DNA of 64,000 nt from an uncultured Acidobacteriota bacterium (GCA_963805975.1 CAWDVR010000003.1:736001-800000), one strand, 5' to 3'; positions 28,781 through 37,362 are shown, counted from the stretch's first letter. The notes: a model not told the origin generated them from the sequence alone. Program-made: numbers and translations.

Positions 28781-30514
28781 TCAGGTGGCGAACGCGATCT
28801 CGATCTCGGTGCCGGCGCCGGGCGCGGTGCGCAGGCAGAAGGTGCCGCCGAGGTGGCGGGCCCGCTCGCGCATCGTCGATAGGCCCATGCCGCCGCCCTC
28901 GAGCGTCGAGGGGGAAAAGGAGCGCGCCGCGGCAGCCTGCGGGTCGAAGCCTTTGCCGTCGTCCCGGATGCGCATCGAGGCGCGGGCGCCGCTCGCCGCG
29001 AGCTCGACCTCGATCGAGCGCGCCCGCGCGTGCTTCACGGTGTTGGAGAGCGCCTCCTGCGCGATGCGGTAGAGCACTTCCTCGCGCTCCGGGGTCAGCC
29101 GATCGTAGCCGCGGCGCACCAGGCGTGCGGCGAGGCCGTCGCGCTCGAGGGCCGCGAGCTCCAGCGCCAGCACCGCCGGCAGGCCCTCGCTCCTCACCCG
29201 CACCACGCCGGGAATCGGCAGCTCGGCGGTCGAGTGCATGGCGTTCACCGGCTTGGGCTGGCCCGGCGGGCGCAGCTCCTTGAGCAGCGCCCGCATCTCG
29301 GCCAGGGCGGAGCGGTTGAGCTCGACCACGCGCGCCGTGCGGCGCTCGCCCTCGGTGCGGTCGCGGGCGTAGGCCGGCGCCACGGACTGGGCGATCATCG
29401 TCGCCGAGGACAGGAGCTGGGTCACCGAGTCGTGGAGGTCGCGCGCCAGGCGCTGGCGCTCCTCGAGCACGGCGAGCTGCTGCGCCTGGGCGAAGAGCCT
29501 GGCGTTCTTGATCGCCAGCGCCAAGTGGTCGGCGGCGATCTCGAGCGCCGTCGCATCCTCCTCCGAGAAGGGCTGGCCGCTCTCCACGTTGAGCACGCCG
29601 AGGATCTGGCCGCCCAGCCGGATCGGCACCGCGAGCTCGGAACGGATGCCCACCACGCCGGGCGTGGGCACGTAGCGCGGGTCGGCCGCCACGTCGTTCA
29701 CCAGCTCCACACGGCCCTGGCTCGCCGCGGCACCGATGATGCCGCGGGCGAGCGGCAGGCGATAGCCGCCGTCGATCGAGTGCCCGGCTCCGCCACCCAC
29801 GTAGGAGAGCACCAGGGTCGAGGGCCGCTCCGGGTCGATCAGCGGGATGGCGACGTAGGGGTAGCCCAGCAGCCGGTGGATGGCGTCGGCGGCGTTCTGG
29901 AGCATTTCGGAGAGCTCCAGGCCCGAGGAGATGATGCGCCCCACCGCCGCCAGCACCTCGAGCCGGCGCGTGCGCAGGTGCTCGCGCTGGTAGCGGCGCG
30001 CGATCTCGATGGCGATCGCCGCGGGCCGGCCGAAGAGCGACAGGCTCTCGACGTCGGCGGCATCGAAGCGGCGCGGCGGCCGGGCGCCGATACCGAAGAA
30101 GCCCACCACGCGATCACGCCAGAAGAGAGGCAGGCCGAGGACGGTGTTTTCCGCCAGCTCGGGCCGCGGGAGCTGGCCGAGGTCGCCGTAGCGGTCAAGC
30201 ACGACCGGTCGCCGCTCGGTGAGCACCCGGCCCGCCAGGCCTTCCCCCGGCCGTGCCTCGGTGCCGACCTCGCCTTCGGGCATGTTGTGGGCAGCCTCCA
30301 CGCGCAGCACGCCGCGCTGCTCGTCGTAGATGCCGATCGAGCCGTCGTCGGCGCCCAGGAGCTCGCAGGCCTCGCGCACGATCGAGGTGAGGAGCGTGCG
30401 CAGCTCGGACTCGCTCGACACCTCCTCGAGCACACGCTGCAGTGTCTCGCCCCGCCGTAGCAGGGCCTCGAGCTGCGCCTCGGAGGGCGGGATGCTGGCG
30501 CCAGGGAGGTCCAT
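28781..30514 (-). CDS. Cytoplasmic GAF-GAF histidine kinase (HisKA_3)
   Basis: Two GAF domains; EERQRLARDLHDS, QEALSNTVKHA, DDGKGF, GMGL. Confidence 0.92.
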   Translation of the reverse strand: MDLPGASIPPSEAQLEALLRRGETLQRVLEEVSSESELRTLLTSIVREACELLGADDGSIGIYDEQRGVLRVEAAHNMPEGEVGTEARPGEGLAGRVLTERRPVVLDRYGDLGQLPRPELAENTVLGLPLFWRDRVVGFFGIGARPPRRFDAADVESLSLFGRPAAIAIEIARRYQREHLRTRRLEVLAAVGRIISSGLELSEMLQNAADAIHRLLGYPYVAIPLIDPERPSTLVLSYVGGGAGHSIDGGYRLPLARGIIGAAASQGRVELVNDVAADPRYVPTPGVVGIRSELAVPIRLGGQILGVLNVESGQPFSEEDATALEIAADHLALAIKNARLFAQAQQLAVLEERQRLARDLHDSVTQLLSSATMIAQSVAPAYARDRTEGERRTARVVELNRSALAEMRALLKELRPPGQPKPVNAMHSTAELPIPGVVRVRSEGLPAVLALELAALERDGLAARLVRRGYDRLTPEREEVLYRIAQEALSNTVKHARARSIEVELAASGARASMRIRDDGKGFDPQAAAARSFSPSTLEGGGMGLSTMRERARHLGGTFCLRTAPGAGTEIEIAFAT

Positions 30515-30561
30515 CACAGCTCCTTCGGGCTGAAGGTAGCACAGGGGCCAGGGCACGACCG

Positions 30562-30597
30562 CTGACGAAAGTCAGTGCTCGGAGGACCGAAAGTCAG
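30562..30597. promoter_or_regulatory. Putative response-regulator operator
   Basis: CTGAC-GAAA-GTCAG palindrome; CGAAAGTCAG repeated 22 bp apart upstream of the kinase gene. Confidence 0.5.
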
Positions 30598-30666
30598 GGC
30601 CGTGGCAGCCACGAGGCTGCCCTTACGAGATCCCGGTAGAGGTCCCTCGTGGCCGCCCGAGAGGGC

Positions 30667-32127
30667 TCACGCCAGCGCCGGCTGGGTGTGGCGGCCGCGC
30701 TTGAAATCCTCCTTGCGCAGGCCAAGCTCGCGCATCTTGTCGTAGAGCGAGCGCGGGTCGAGGCCGGCGCGGCGCGCCGTCTCGCCGATCCGGCCGCCGG
30801 TCGCGCGGAGCTGCTCTTCGAGGTACAGGCGCTCGCAGGTCTCGACCACCTCCCGCCGCACGTCGCGGAGCGGCTTGTCCAGCCAGTCCCGCGGCATCCC
30901 GAGCCCGGAAGCGGTACCGGTGCGGTCCGGTCCGGCCTTGGCGGAGGCTTCGGCGAAGCGGGCGATGTTCTCCGGCAGGTCGTTGAGAGTGATCTCTTCG
31001 CCTTCGCAGAGCAGCACCGTGCGCTCCATGACGTTGATCAGCTCGCGCACGTTGCCCGGCCAAGGGTAGTGGACCAGCGCGTCGAGCGCCTCTTCGTGCA
31101 CCGCCTCCGCCGTGCGCCCGAGCTGGACGCGGAAACGGTCCATGTAGCTCTGGGCGAGCGCGGGGATGTCCTCCTGCCGCTCGCGCAACGGCGGCACCGT
31201 CAAGGTCACGACACCCAGTCGGTAGTAGAGATCACTCCTGAACTCTTTGGCCTTGATCGCCTCCTCGAGGTTCCGGTTGGTGGCCGCCATCACCCGCACG
31301 TCGACCTCGATGAGCTGCTCGCCGCCGACGCGCTGGATCTTCCGCTCCTGGAGCACGCGCAGGAGCTTGGCTTGCAAGTGGGGCGACATGTCCGCGATCT
31401 CGTCGAGAAAGATCGTGCCGCGGTGTGCGAGCTCGAAGTAACCGCGCCGCGAGCGGATAGCGCCGGTGAAAGCCCCTTTGTCGTGACCGAAGAGCTCGCT
31501 TTCGAGCAGCGTGTCCGGGATGGCGGCGGAGTTGACGGCGATGAAGGGAGCGCTGGAACGCGGGCCTTCGGCGTGGATTGCGCGCGCCAGCCACTCCTTT
31601 CCGACCCCGGTTTCGCCTAGAATCAGCAACGAGCTGTCGGACGCGGCGACTCGGCGCGCGAGCTGTAACAGAGCCTGCATGGACTCGCTGGCCGAGGCAA
31701 AGTCACTTAGGTGATAGTGTTCATCCGGCTGCTCGGCTCGAATTCGGTTGATCAGCGCCTCGCGGCGGCGACTGACCAAGGTTCTCAGCGTCTGAGCGAG
31801 GACCGAGTCCGATAAATCGGGAGAGATCACCGCAAAGCAGCCCAAGGCCAGAAGCGCCGCCCGATCCTCCGAGTCTTCCTGGGCTTGCAGGACGATGAGC
31901 TCGGGGCGGTCGGGAAGCTTGCGCAACGCAGAGACGAAGTCCGACGGCGGTTCTGTGACGGCGTCGCGGTCGACGACTACCAGGTCGCAGCTATCGCGAG
32001 CGAGGCCTTCCCAAAGACCCTCGCTCTTGGAAGCGGCGAACACGAGGACGTTTGGCTGGGCGATCAGGCGGCTGACCCGGCGATAGACAGCCGGCTGATC
32101 GATGACGACGAGGATGCGGATCAGCAT
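30667..32127 (-). CDS. sigma54-dependent enhancer-binding protein (atypical REC, AAA, Fis HTH)
   Basis: GETGVGKE, ESELFGH, GAFTGA, FLDEI, WPGNVREL, C-terminal HTH. Confidence 0.95.
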   Translation of the reverse strand: MLIRILVVIDQPAVYRRVSRLIAQPNVLVFAASKSEGLWEGLARDSCDLVVVDRDAVTEPPSDFVSALRKLPDRPELIVLQAQEDSEDRAALLALGCFAVISPDLSDSVLAQTLRTLVSRRREALINRIRAEQPDEHYHLSDFASASESMQALLQLARRVAASDSSLLILGETGVGKEWLARAIHAEGPRSSAPFIAVNSAAIPDTLLESELFGHDKGAFTGAIRSRRGYFELAHRGTIFLDEIADMSPHLQAKLLRVLQERKIQRVGGEQLIEVDVRVMAATNRNLEEAIKAKEFRSDLYYRLGVVTLTVPPLRERQEDIPALAQSYMDRFRVQLGRTAEAVHEEALDALVHYPWPGNVRELINVMERTVLLCEGEEITLNDLPENIARFAEASAKAGPDRTGTASGLGMPRDWLDKPLRDVRREVVETCERLYLEEQLRATGGRIGETARRAGLDPRSLYDKMRELGLRKEDFKRGRHTQPALA

Positions 32128-32146
32128 GCGAGGTCACTCTTCAAGT

Positions 32147-32191
32147 TTCGGAGATTGTGTATCCGATCGGTTCGGATTTCAAGGCTCCGAA
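32147..32191. promoter_or_regulatory. Tandem palindromic upstream activating sequence, TTCGGA-N9-TCCGAW x2
   Basis: TTCGGA-gattgtgta-TCCGAT (32147-32167) and TTCGGA-tttcaaggc-TCCGAA (32171-32191), about 90-130 bp upstream of a sigma54 box. Confidence 0.6.
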
Positions 32192-32277
32192 TCTTGTTTC
32201 GGGGTAGTTTGCCGCTCAGCGGGTCGATGGACTAGCAAGTCTTTCATTTCAAAGGACTTGGTCCGTTGGCCCGGAGC

Positions 32278-32293
32278 TGGCATCCGGTTTGCC
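32278..32293 (+). promoter_or_regulatory. sigma54 (-24/-12) promoter of the lipoprotein/LDT operon
   Basis: TGGCATCCGGTTTGCC; IHF-like site CAAGTCTTTCATT at about 32236-32248 between it and the UAS. Confidence 0.7.
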
Positions 32294-32638
32294 AAGGCAG
32301 TGAATCGAAACCGGCGGGTATGAGCGAGTGTGTCGCTTGTCCGTACCGGTATCGAATGCGGTCCCTCCATGGGCAGAGGAGAACTCCACCATGGCTGGCA
32401 AACCGAAGGCACCCGTTCCGGAGCGCAGGCTCGCGGTAACGCGGCCGGCAAGTGCGGGCGGTTCCACCGGCAAGCAGGCCGGCACTCCTGGTGCGATCAA
32501 AGCACTGATCGCTCAAGGGCCGAAACGCTAGCCAGTAGAACCGACGCGAGGGTTGGGCACGGCGCAAGCGCCTACCCGGCCTCGAGCCAGGTCGCACGGG
32601 GTGTCGGGACCGTGGTTTATTTGAGAGGAGATTGTAAA

Positions 32639-33250
32639 ATGCGCAGCAAGACGATCCTGATCGGCTCGGTGCTGCTCTCGTGCGTGTTGCTGGTCACGGG
32701 TTGTGCCAAGCCACCGCAGGCGGAGCTCGATGGCCTCAAGGCTTCTGTCGCCGGTGCCGAGTCGGCGCAGGCCGAGACCTATTCACCTTCCGAGCTCGCT
32801 ACCGCCCGCGACGCGCAAGCCGCGGCGCAGGCCGAGATCGATGCCCAGGCGAAGAAATTCGCCCTCTTCCGTTCCTACAAGAAGGCCAACGAGCTGATCA
32901 CCGACGCCAACGCCAAGGCGAAGGCCGCCCAGGAAGCCGCGGTCGCCAACAAGGCCAAGGCCAAGACGGACGCCGATGCCGCCGTCGTCGCCGCCAAGGA
33001 CGCGGTGACCGCTCTCCAGACCGCTCTCACCGAGCTCGAGGCCTGCCCGCGCAAGCCGAAGGGCTTCTCCGAGGACCTCGCGGCGCTCAAGGCTCGCGCC
33101 GAGGGCCTGAGCTCGCAGGCTGCGCAGCTCGACTCCCAGATCTCTTCCGAGGACTACAACGGTGCGAAGTCGACGGCCGAGTCCGTGGCGAGCGGTGCGG
33201 CGACCTTGACCACCGACATCACGGGAGCCAAAGAAAAGATCAAATGCTAG
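32639..33250 (+). CDS. Ala/Lys-rich coiled-coil lipoprotein (DUF4398-like)
   Basis: GAGGAG RBS, lipobox VTGC, helical heptads, ends KEKIKC. Confidence 0.85.
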   Translation: MRSKTILIGSVLLSCVLLVTGCAKPPQAELDGLKASVAGAESAQAETYSPSELATARDAQAAAQAEIDAQAKKFALFRSYKKANELITDANAKAKAAQEAAVANKAKAKTDADAAVVAAKDAVTALQTALTELEACPRKPKGFSEDLAALKARAEGLSSQAAQLDSQISSEDYNGAKSTAESVASGAATLTTDITGAKEKIKC

Positions 33251-34407
33251 GAACCGGCTATCCAAAAGCCGTTACCGCGGCGTCCTTCCGGCGCCGCCCG
33301 CGTTTCCTTCTGCAACTCTCGCTGGGCGCCGCCTTCTTGGCGGCGTCCGTTTTCTCTTTTGGGGGCTGCTCGAAGGAGCCGGAGTTCGACGTGCCGGCCG
33401 CCCGCTCGGCGGCAAACCGCGTGCTGTCGACCCTCGGCACCGCGGAGCCCGAGCAGACAAAGCTCCTCAAGACCCTGATCGAGCTCGCCGAGCAGACCAC
33501 GGTTCGCGAACGCGCCGAGTGGTTCTGGCAGCGCGAGCCCGAGCTGATCGAGGGCTCCTGGGGACGCGTGGCGGCGACCTCGGTGGTGGCGCTCGAGCAG
33601 CTCAAGACACACAAAGAGGCCTCTCGCACCCGTTGGGTGGAAGCCGAAAAGAAAGCAACAGCGGCGCTGGCCAAAGCGCGCGAGGAGGTCAAGGCGCCCG
33701 GCCTGTCGCGGCGCGAGCACAGCCTCGTGCAGCAGGCCGCCGTGGTCCTCGACACCTCCCGGCGGCTCGCCGCCGCGGGCGAGGTCAGCCGTGCTACAGC
33801 ACTGGCGGGTCTCGCTCTGCAGAAGACCGCCGAGGTGCACACCGCCTGGGACCATCTGCACGCTCGTTTCGACGACCGGAGCACGCTCCGGCGCTGGATG
33901 GCGCTGGTCGAAGCGGAGATCGCCAGGACTGCCTCCAGCCAGTCGAACGCTTTCGTCGTCGACAAGCTGAACCGCCGGCTCTACGTCTATTCACGCGGTA
34001 GAAAAGTAGACTCTTTTCCCGTGGAGCTGGGAGCCAAGGGCCTGCGGGCCAAGCTCCACGCCGGTGACCGCGCGACGCCCGAGGGCCGCTACCGCGTCAC
34101 CGAGGTCCGTTCCCCCGGCCAGACCCGCTACTACAAGGCCCTGATGCTCGACTATCCCAACAGCGAGGATCGCGCCCGCTTTGCCGAGGCGCAGCGCCGG
34201 GGGCAGGTTCCGCGCGGCGTGGGCCCCGGGAGCCTGATCGAGATCCACGGCGACGGCGGCAAGGGCAAGGACTGGACCGATGGTTGCATCGCGCTCACCA
34301 ATGCGGCCATGGATCGGCTGTTCCGCTACGCCGCGATCGACACTCCGGTCGTCATCGTCGGCAAGGTGCCGGAGGTCAAGGCCAACCAGAGAGCGGAGGG
34401 AAGATGA
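33244..34407 (+). CDS. L,D-transpeptidase (YkuD) with N-terminal coiled coil, probable lipoprotein
   Basis: VVDK..R.L, GDRATPEG.Y, IEIHG...WTDGCIAL; FGGC lipobox-like motif. Confidence 0.9.
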   Translation: MLGTGYPKAVTAASFRRRPRFLLQLSLGAAFLAASVFSFGGCSKEPEFDVPAARSAANRVLSTLGTAEPEQTKLLKTLIELAEQTTVRERAEWFWQREPELIEGSWGRVAATSVVALEQLKTHKEASRTRWVEAEKKATAALAKAREEVKAPGLSRREHSLVQQAAVVLDTSRRLAAAGEVSRATALAGLALQKTAEVHTAWDHLHARFDDRSTLRRWMALVEAEIARTASSQSNAFVVDKLNRRLYVYSRGRKVDSFPVELGAKGLRAKLHAGDRATPEGRYRVTEVRSPGQTRYYKALMLDYPNSEDRARFAEAQRRGQVPRGVGPGSLIEIHGDGGKGKDWTDGCIALTNAAMDRLFRYAAIDTPVVIVGKVPEVKANQRAEGR

Positions 34408-35120
34408 GCATGCACTCGGAAGCAGTCACCGTCTCCACCCTGGCTCCTCCTGTTGCCGAACCGGTCGCGGCTCCTCGGCGCCGGATCTGGCGCGGCCTGC
34501 TGCTGGTCTTCCTGGTCTTGGGTTTCCTGGCCGTGGGCGCCGTGGGTTACGTCGTTTCGCGCGGAGGGTGGTTCGACGTCGAGCCGCTGGTCGGCTCGGC
34601 TCCGACGCCCGACCCGAGCTCGAAGGAGGTCGTGCGGCAGGAGAAGCTGGGACGGAAGCTGGGCTCTCTCGCCCCCACCGGCGTCTACGTGACGGTCGAC
34701 ACCTACAACAACCGGGTGATCGTCTTCCAGGACGGGAAGCCGCTGCGCGAAGCCGTGTGCTCGACCGGCAGCGGCACCATCCTCAAGGATCCGGAAAAGG
34801 GCCGCGAATGGGTCTTCGACACTCCCCGCGGCGAGCGCAAGGTGCAGCGCAAAGTGAAGAACCCCATCTGGGTGAAGCCGGACTGGGCGTTCATCGAGGA
34901 GGGATTCCAGCCCCCTCCCAAGGACTCTCCGGACCGCTACGACGATTTCTCGCTCGGCGACTACGGCCTGTACCTCGGGGACGGCTACATCATGCACGGC
35001 ACGCTCTTCCAGACCCTCCTGGGCCAGCGCGTGACCCACGGCTGCATCCGCCTGGGAGACGCTGACCTCGAATGGATCTACAAGACAGTGCCGCTGGGAG
35101 CCCGGGTTTATCTCTTCTGA
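34404..35120 (+). CDS. Membrane-anchored L,D-transpeptidase (YkuD/ErfK-like)
   Basis: N-terminal TM; CSTG, FDTPRG, NPIWVKPDW, YIMHGT...THGCIRL. Confidence 0.92.
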   Translation: MSMHSEAVTVSTLAPPVAEPVAAPRRRIWRGLLLVFLVLGFLAVGAVGYVVSRGGWFDVEPLVGSAPTPDPSSKEVVRQEKLGRKLGSLAPTGVYVTVDTYNNRVIVFQDGKPLREAVCSTGSGTILKDPEKGREWVFDTPRGERKVQRKVKNPIWVKPDWAFIEEGFQPPPKDSPDRYDDFSLGDYGLYLGDGYIMHGTLFQTLLGQRVTHGCIRLGDADLEWIYKTVPLGARVYLF

Positions 35121-35836
35121 TGCGGGCGAGGGTCCTGGTGCCGGGAGGCGCCCTGCTGCTCGCGTTGGCGACGATCGCCCTCGCAGCTCCGCTGGTGGCG
35201 GCCCCTCCATCGAAGGCGGCCAAAGGGCCCCCTCCGCCCAAGAGCTTCCTCGAGGCCGAGCTCGCGACGGCGCAGACCATCGACCTCTACCTCGTGCTGA
35301 GGCCTAAAGCCAAGGCTCTCGAGATCAGGGCACGCGGAGTTACGCTGGCGACGGTGCCGGTCGAGCAGGTGGCGCTGCTGCGCTACCGAGCGCCGCGCGG
35401 GACGAGCTCGGAGCCGGGACGCATGCCCTTCTTCTATTGGACGGTGGCGGAGGATCCCGAGGCAGCCCACCGCAAAGTGATTGCGCCCGCCGAGCTGCGA
35501 CCCTATTCCGAACAGGAGTCCGCGGAGGAAGAGCAGAGCACTCAGGTTCCGGTGGCCACCGCGCCTGCCGGTGCCGCAGAGCCGCTGCCCACTCCGCCTA
35601 CCGACTACAAGATCGCTCTGGATCTGGGCTGGCAGCTCTGGGTCACTGGCAAACTGCCGGACACCAGTCTCCTGGCCCGGCTCAAGTACGCGTTCGCCGA
35701 GGGCTGGGGACGGCTGCGCGGAAAGCAGCCCGACATCCAGGATCGCGTCGTGCTGGTCTTTCCGCCTGCAGAGGCGCAGCGCATGCACCACCTCTTCCGC
35801 GCAGGTACCCGGATCTACCTCGACCCCACCGGGTAA
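35120..35836 (+). CDS. Secreted hypothetical protein, possibly catalytically dead LDT-like
   Basis: TGATG coupling; signal peptide; LYLVL...LEIRARG start and LFRAGTRIYL end resemble YkuD termini; no Cys in the protein. Confidence 0.6.
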   Translation: MRARVLVPGGALLLALATIALAAPLVAAPPSKAAKGPPPPKSFLEAELATAQTIDLYLVLRPKAKALEIRARGVTLATVPVEQVALLRYRAPRGTSSEPGRMPFFYWTVAEDPEAAHRKVIAPAELRPYSEQESAEEEQSTQVPVATAPAGAAEPLPTPPTDYKIALDLGWQLWVTGKLPDTSLLARLKYAFAEGWGRLRGKQPDIQDRVVLVFPPAEAQRMHHLFRAGTRIYLDPTG

Positions 35837-35866
35837 CGCAGCCGAACCCCACCCACCGGTTTCACT

Positions 35867-36436
35867 TCAGCGCGCGATCCGAATCACGATCGCCGCCCCA
35901 AGCGCCAGGAGTCCGATCAGACCGATCAGACCTTGATTGCTGGCGGTCGCCGGAAGTGCCGTGCGCGAAGTCGGAGCGTTGGCGTCGTACGCCGGGGTTT
36001 CATAGGCTGGGGTTGGGGTCGCCACCTCGGGAGCAGGCGCCGGAGCCGGGACCATAGCCGTCGGAGGCGGCGTCACGGCTGCCGTGGGGGTCGTCGTCAC
36101 TGCCACGGGAGGCGTCGTCACCATAGGCTCAGCCTCTCCCTGGTAGCCGAGGATCTCGTCGGCGATCGCTCTACCCTTCTCGACGTGATAGTTGACCTTG
36201 ACGCGGCTTCCCGTGGTGCGGTTCTGGGCGCCGACCGTCGCGTCGACGAGAAACACAGTCATGGTCTGCCCCGCGTCGTCGCGAATCACGAGCTGATCGT
36301 TGGAACTCGAGACCACGATGCCGGTGGCAAAAGTCGAGCCGGGTGTCGATGCGTTTCCCATATCCTGCGGTGCCTGGGCAATCGCAGGACCGACGCTGAG
36401 CAGGGTCAGAACGGCGAGTACAGTCAGTCTTTTCAT
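35867..36436 (-). CDS. Secreted protein with C-terminal LPxTA sortase-type sorting signal
   Basis: GAGGAG RBS, signal peptide, small beta domain, Pro/Thr linker, LPATAS plus hydrophobic helix plus RIAR tail. Confidence 0.8.
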   Translation of the reverse strand: MKRLTVLAVLTLLSVGPAIAQAPQDMGNASTPGSTFATGIVVSSSNDQLVIRDDAGQTMTVFLVDATVGAQNRTTGSRVKVNYHVEKGRAIADEILGYQGEAEPMVTTPPVAVTTTPTAAVTPPPTAMVPAPAPAPEVATPTPAYETPAYDANAPTSRTALPATASNQGLIGLIGLLALGAAIVIRIAR

Positions 36437-36571
36437 TTTGTTCTCCTCTTTCGTTGCAGCTCGGATCGAAGTCACCTTCGCCTCCGGAGCCTTGCGCACC
36501 GGAGCTCCCGACGACTCGATTGAGTTTCTTGAGTTGAGTCACGCGAGAGCAGCGTGACGGAAAGTAGTGAG

Positions 36572-36587
36572 AGCAAGGGAGATGCCA
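36572..36587 (-). promoter_or_regulatory. sigma54 promoter
   Basis: Minus strand reads TGGCATCTCCCTTGCT. Confidence 0.75.
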
Positions 36588-36628
36588 GTGCGGCGCCGCC
36601 CGAGTACCGGACACACCCCAAGTAAGAA

Positions 36629-36658
36629 GAGCCCCAGAGCGTCGCGCGCCTGGGGCTC
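36629..36658 (-). terminator. Intrinsic terminator-like hairpin after the glycine-zipper gene
   Basis: GAGCCCCAG...CTGGGGCTC stem followed by TTCTTACTT on the minus strand. Confidence 0.55.
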
Positions 36659-36701
36659 GGATTACTTGTTTTGCCGCTAGTCAGCGGCGCGGTTGCAGTT
36701 T

Positions 36702-37226
36702 CTACCGGCCGTCGCCGTCGGCGTCGCCGGGCAGGGCCCGCTCGACCCGGTGCCAGGCGTCCCTGGTAGCGTCCTTCGCCTGGTGCCAAGCCAGGTTGGA
36801 GCCGGCCTTGGCGCGATCCCAGCCGCGCTCGAGATCGCTCTCGACCTCGTCCCAGCTTCTGTTCGGCTGAGCCGCGCGCGACTCCCACCCGTAGCGGTAG
36901 GCGCTCTGGTAATCACTGTAGGGACGACTGCGGTCGACGTAGTCGCTCTTGGTGTAGTTCTGCTGCCAGTAGGCCGCCTCGGCGGTGGGATTGATCGCTT
37001 CGCCGCCGGCATGGCCCGCCGCAGCCCCGGCGACCGCTCCAGCTACGCCGCCAACCACCGCTCCGACTGGCCCGCCCACCACTGCTCCGACTGCTGCACC
37101 CGCCACTCCTCCGCTCGTCGCTCCGACCGCGGTGCCGACCGGATGGGAACCCGGCGCGCCGGTGATGGGATCGCGATTGAAGTCCGTCGCTTTGGGATTG
37201 TTCTCCGTACCATATTTCGTCGTCAT
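36702..37226 (-). CDS. Glycine-zipper hypothetical protein (general-stress-like)
   Basis: AGGAGG RBS; NRDPITGAPGSHPVGT, GxxxG repeats, AYW..NY, AYRYGW, W..AK.A.RDAW. Confidence 0.85.
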   Translation of the reverse strand: MTTKYGTENNPKATDFNRDPITGAPGSHPVGTAVGATSGGVAGAAVGAVVGGPVGAVVGGVAGAVAGAAAGHAGGEAINPTAEAAYWQQNYTKSDYVDRSRPYSDYQSAYRYGWESRAAQPNRSWDEVESDLERGWDRAKAGSNLAWHQAKDATRDAWHRVERALPGDADGDGR

Positions 37227-37307
37227 CGAAGCCTCCTGGTTGTGGATTCCTGTTGAGTCACGCGTGGTATCGATTCGCGAGAGTGCAGCGTGACCACGAA
37301 CCCCAGG

Positions 37308-37323
37308 AGCAAGAGGGGTGCCA
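37308..37323 (-). promoter_or_regulatory. sigma54 promoter
   Basis: Minus strand reads TGGCACCCCTCTTGCT, an exact consensus match. Confidence 0.8.
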
Positions 37324-37362
37324 AGGCAGAGACAGAGAACCGGAGGCGAAGCGGTTCTCTGC

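Noticed and set aside
32390-32480. GGCAAACC...GAA as a c-di-GMP-I riboswitch
   Set aside because: The GNRA-capped stem and the downstream GACGCAAAGC-like element are not present.
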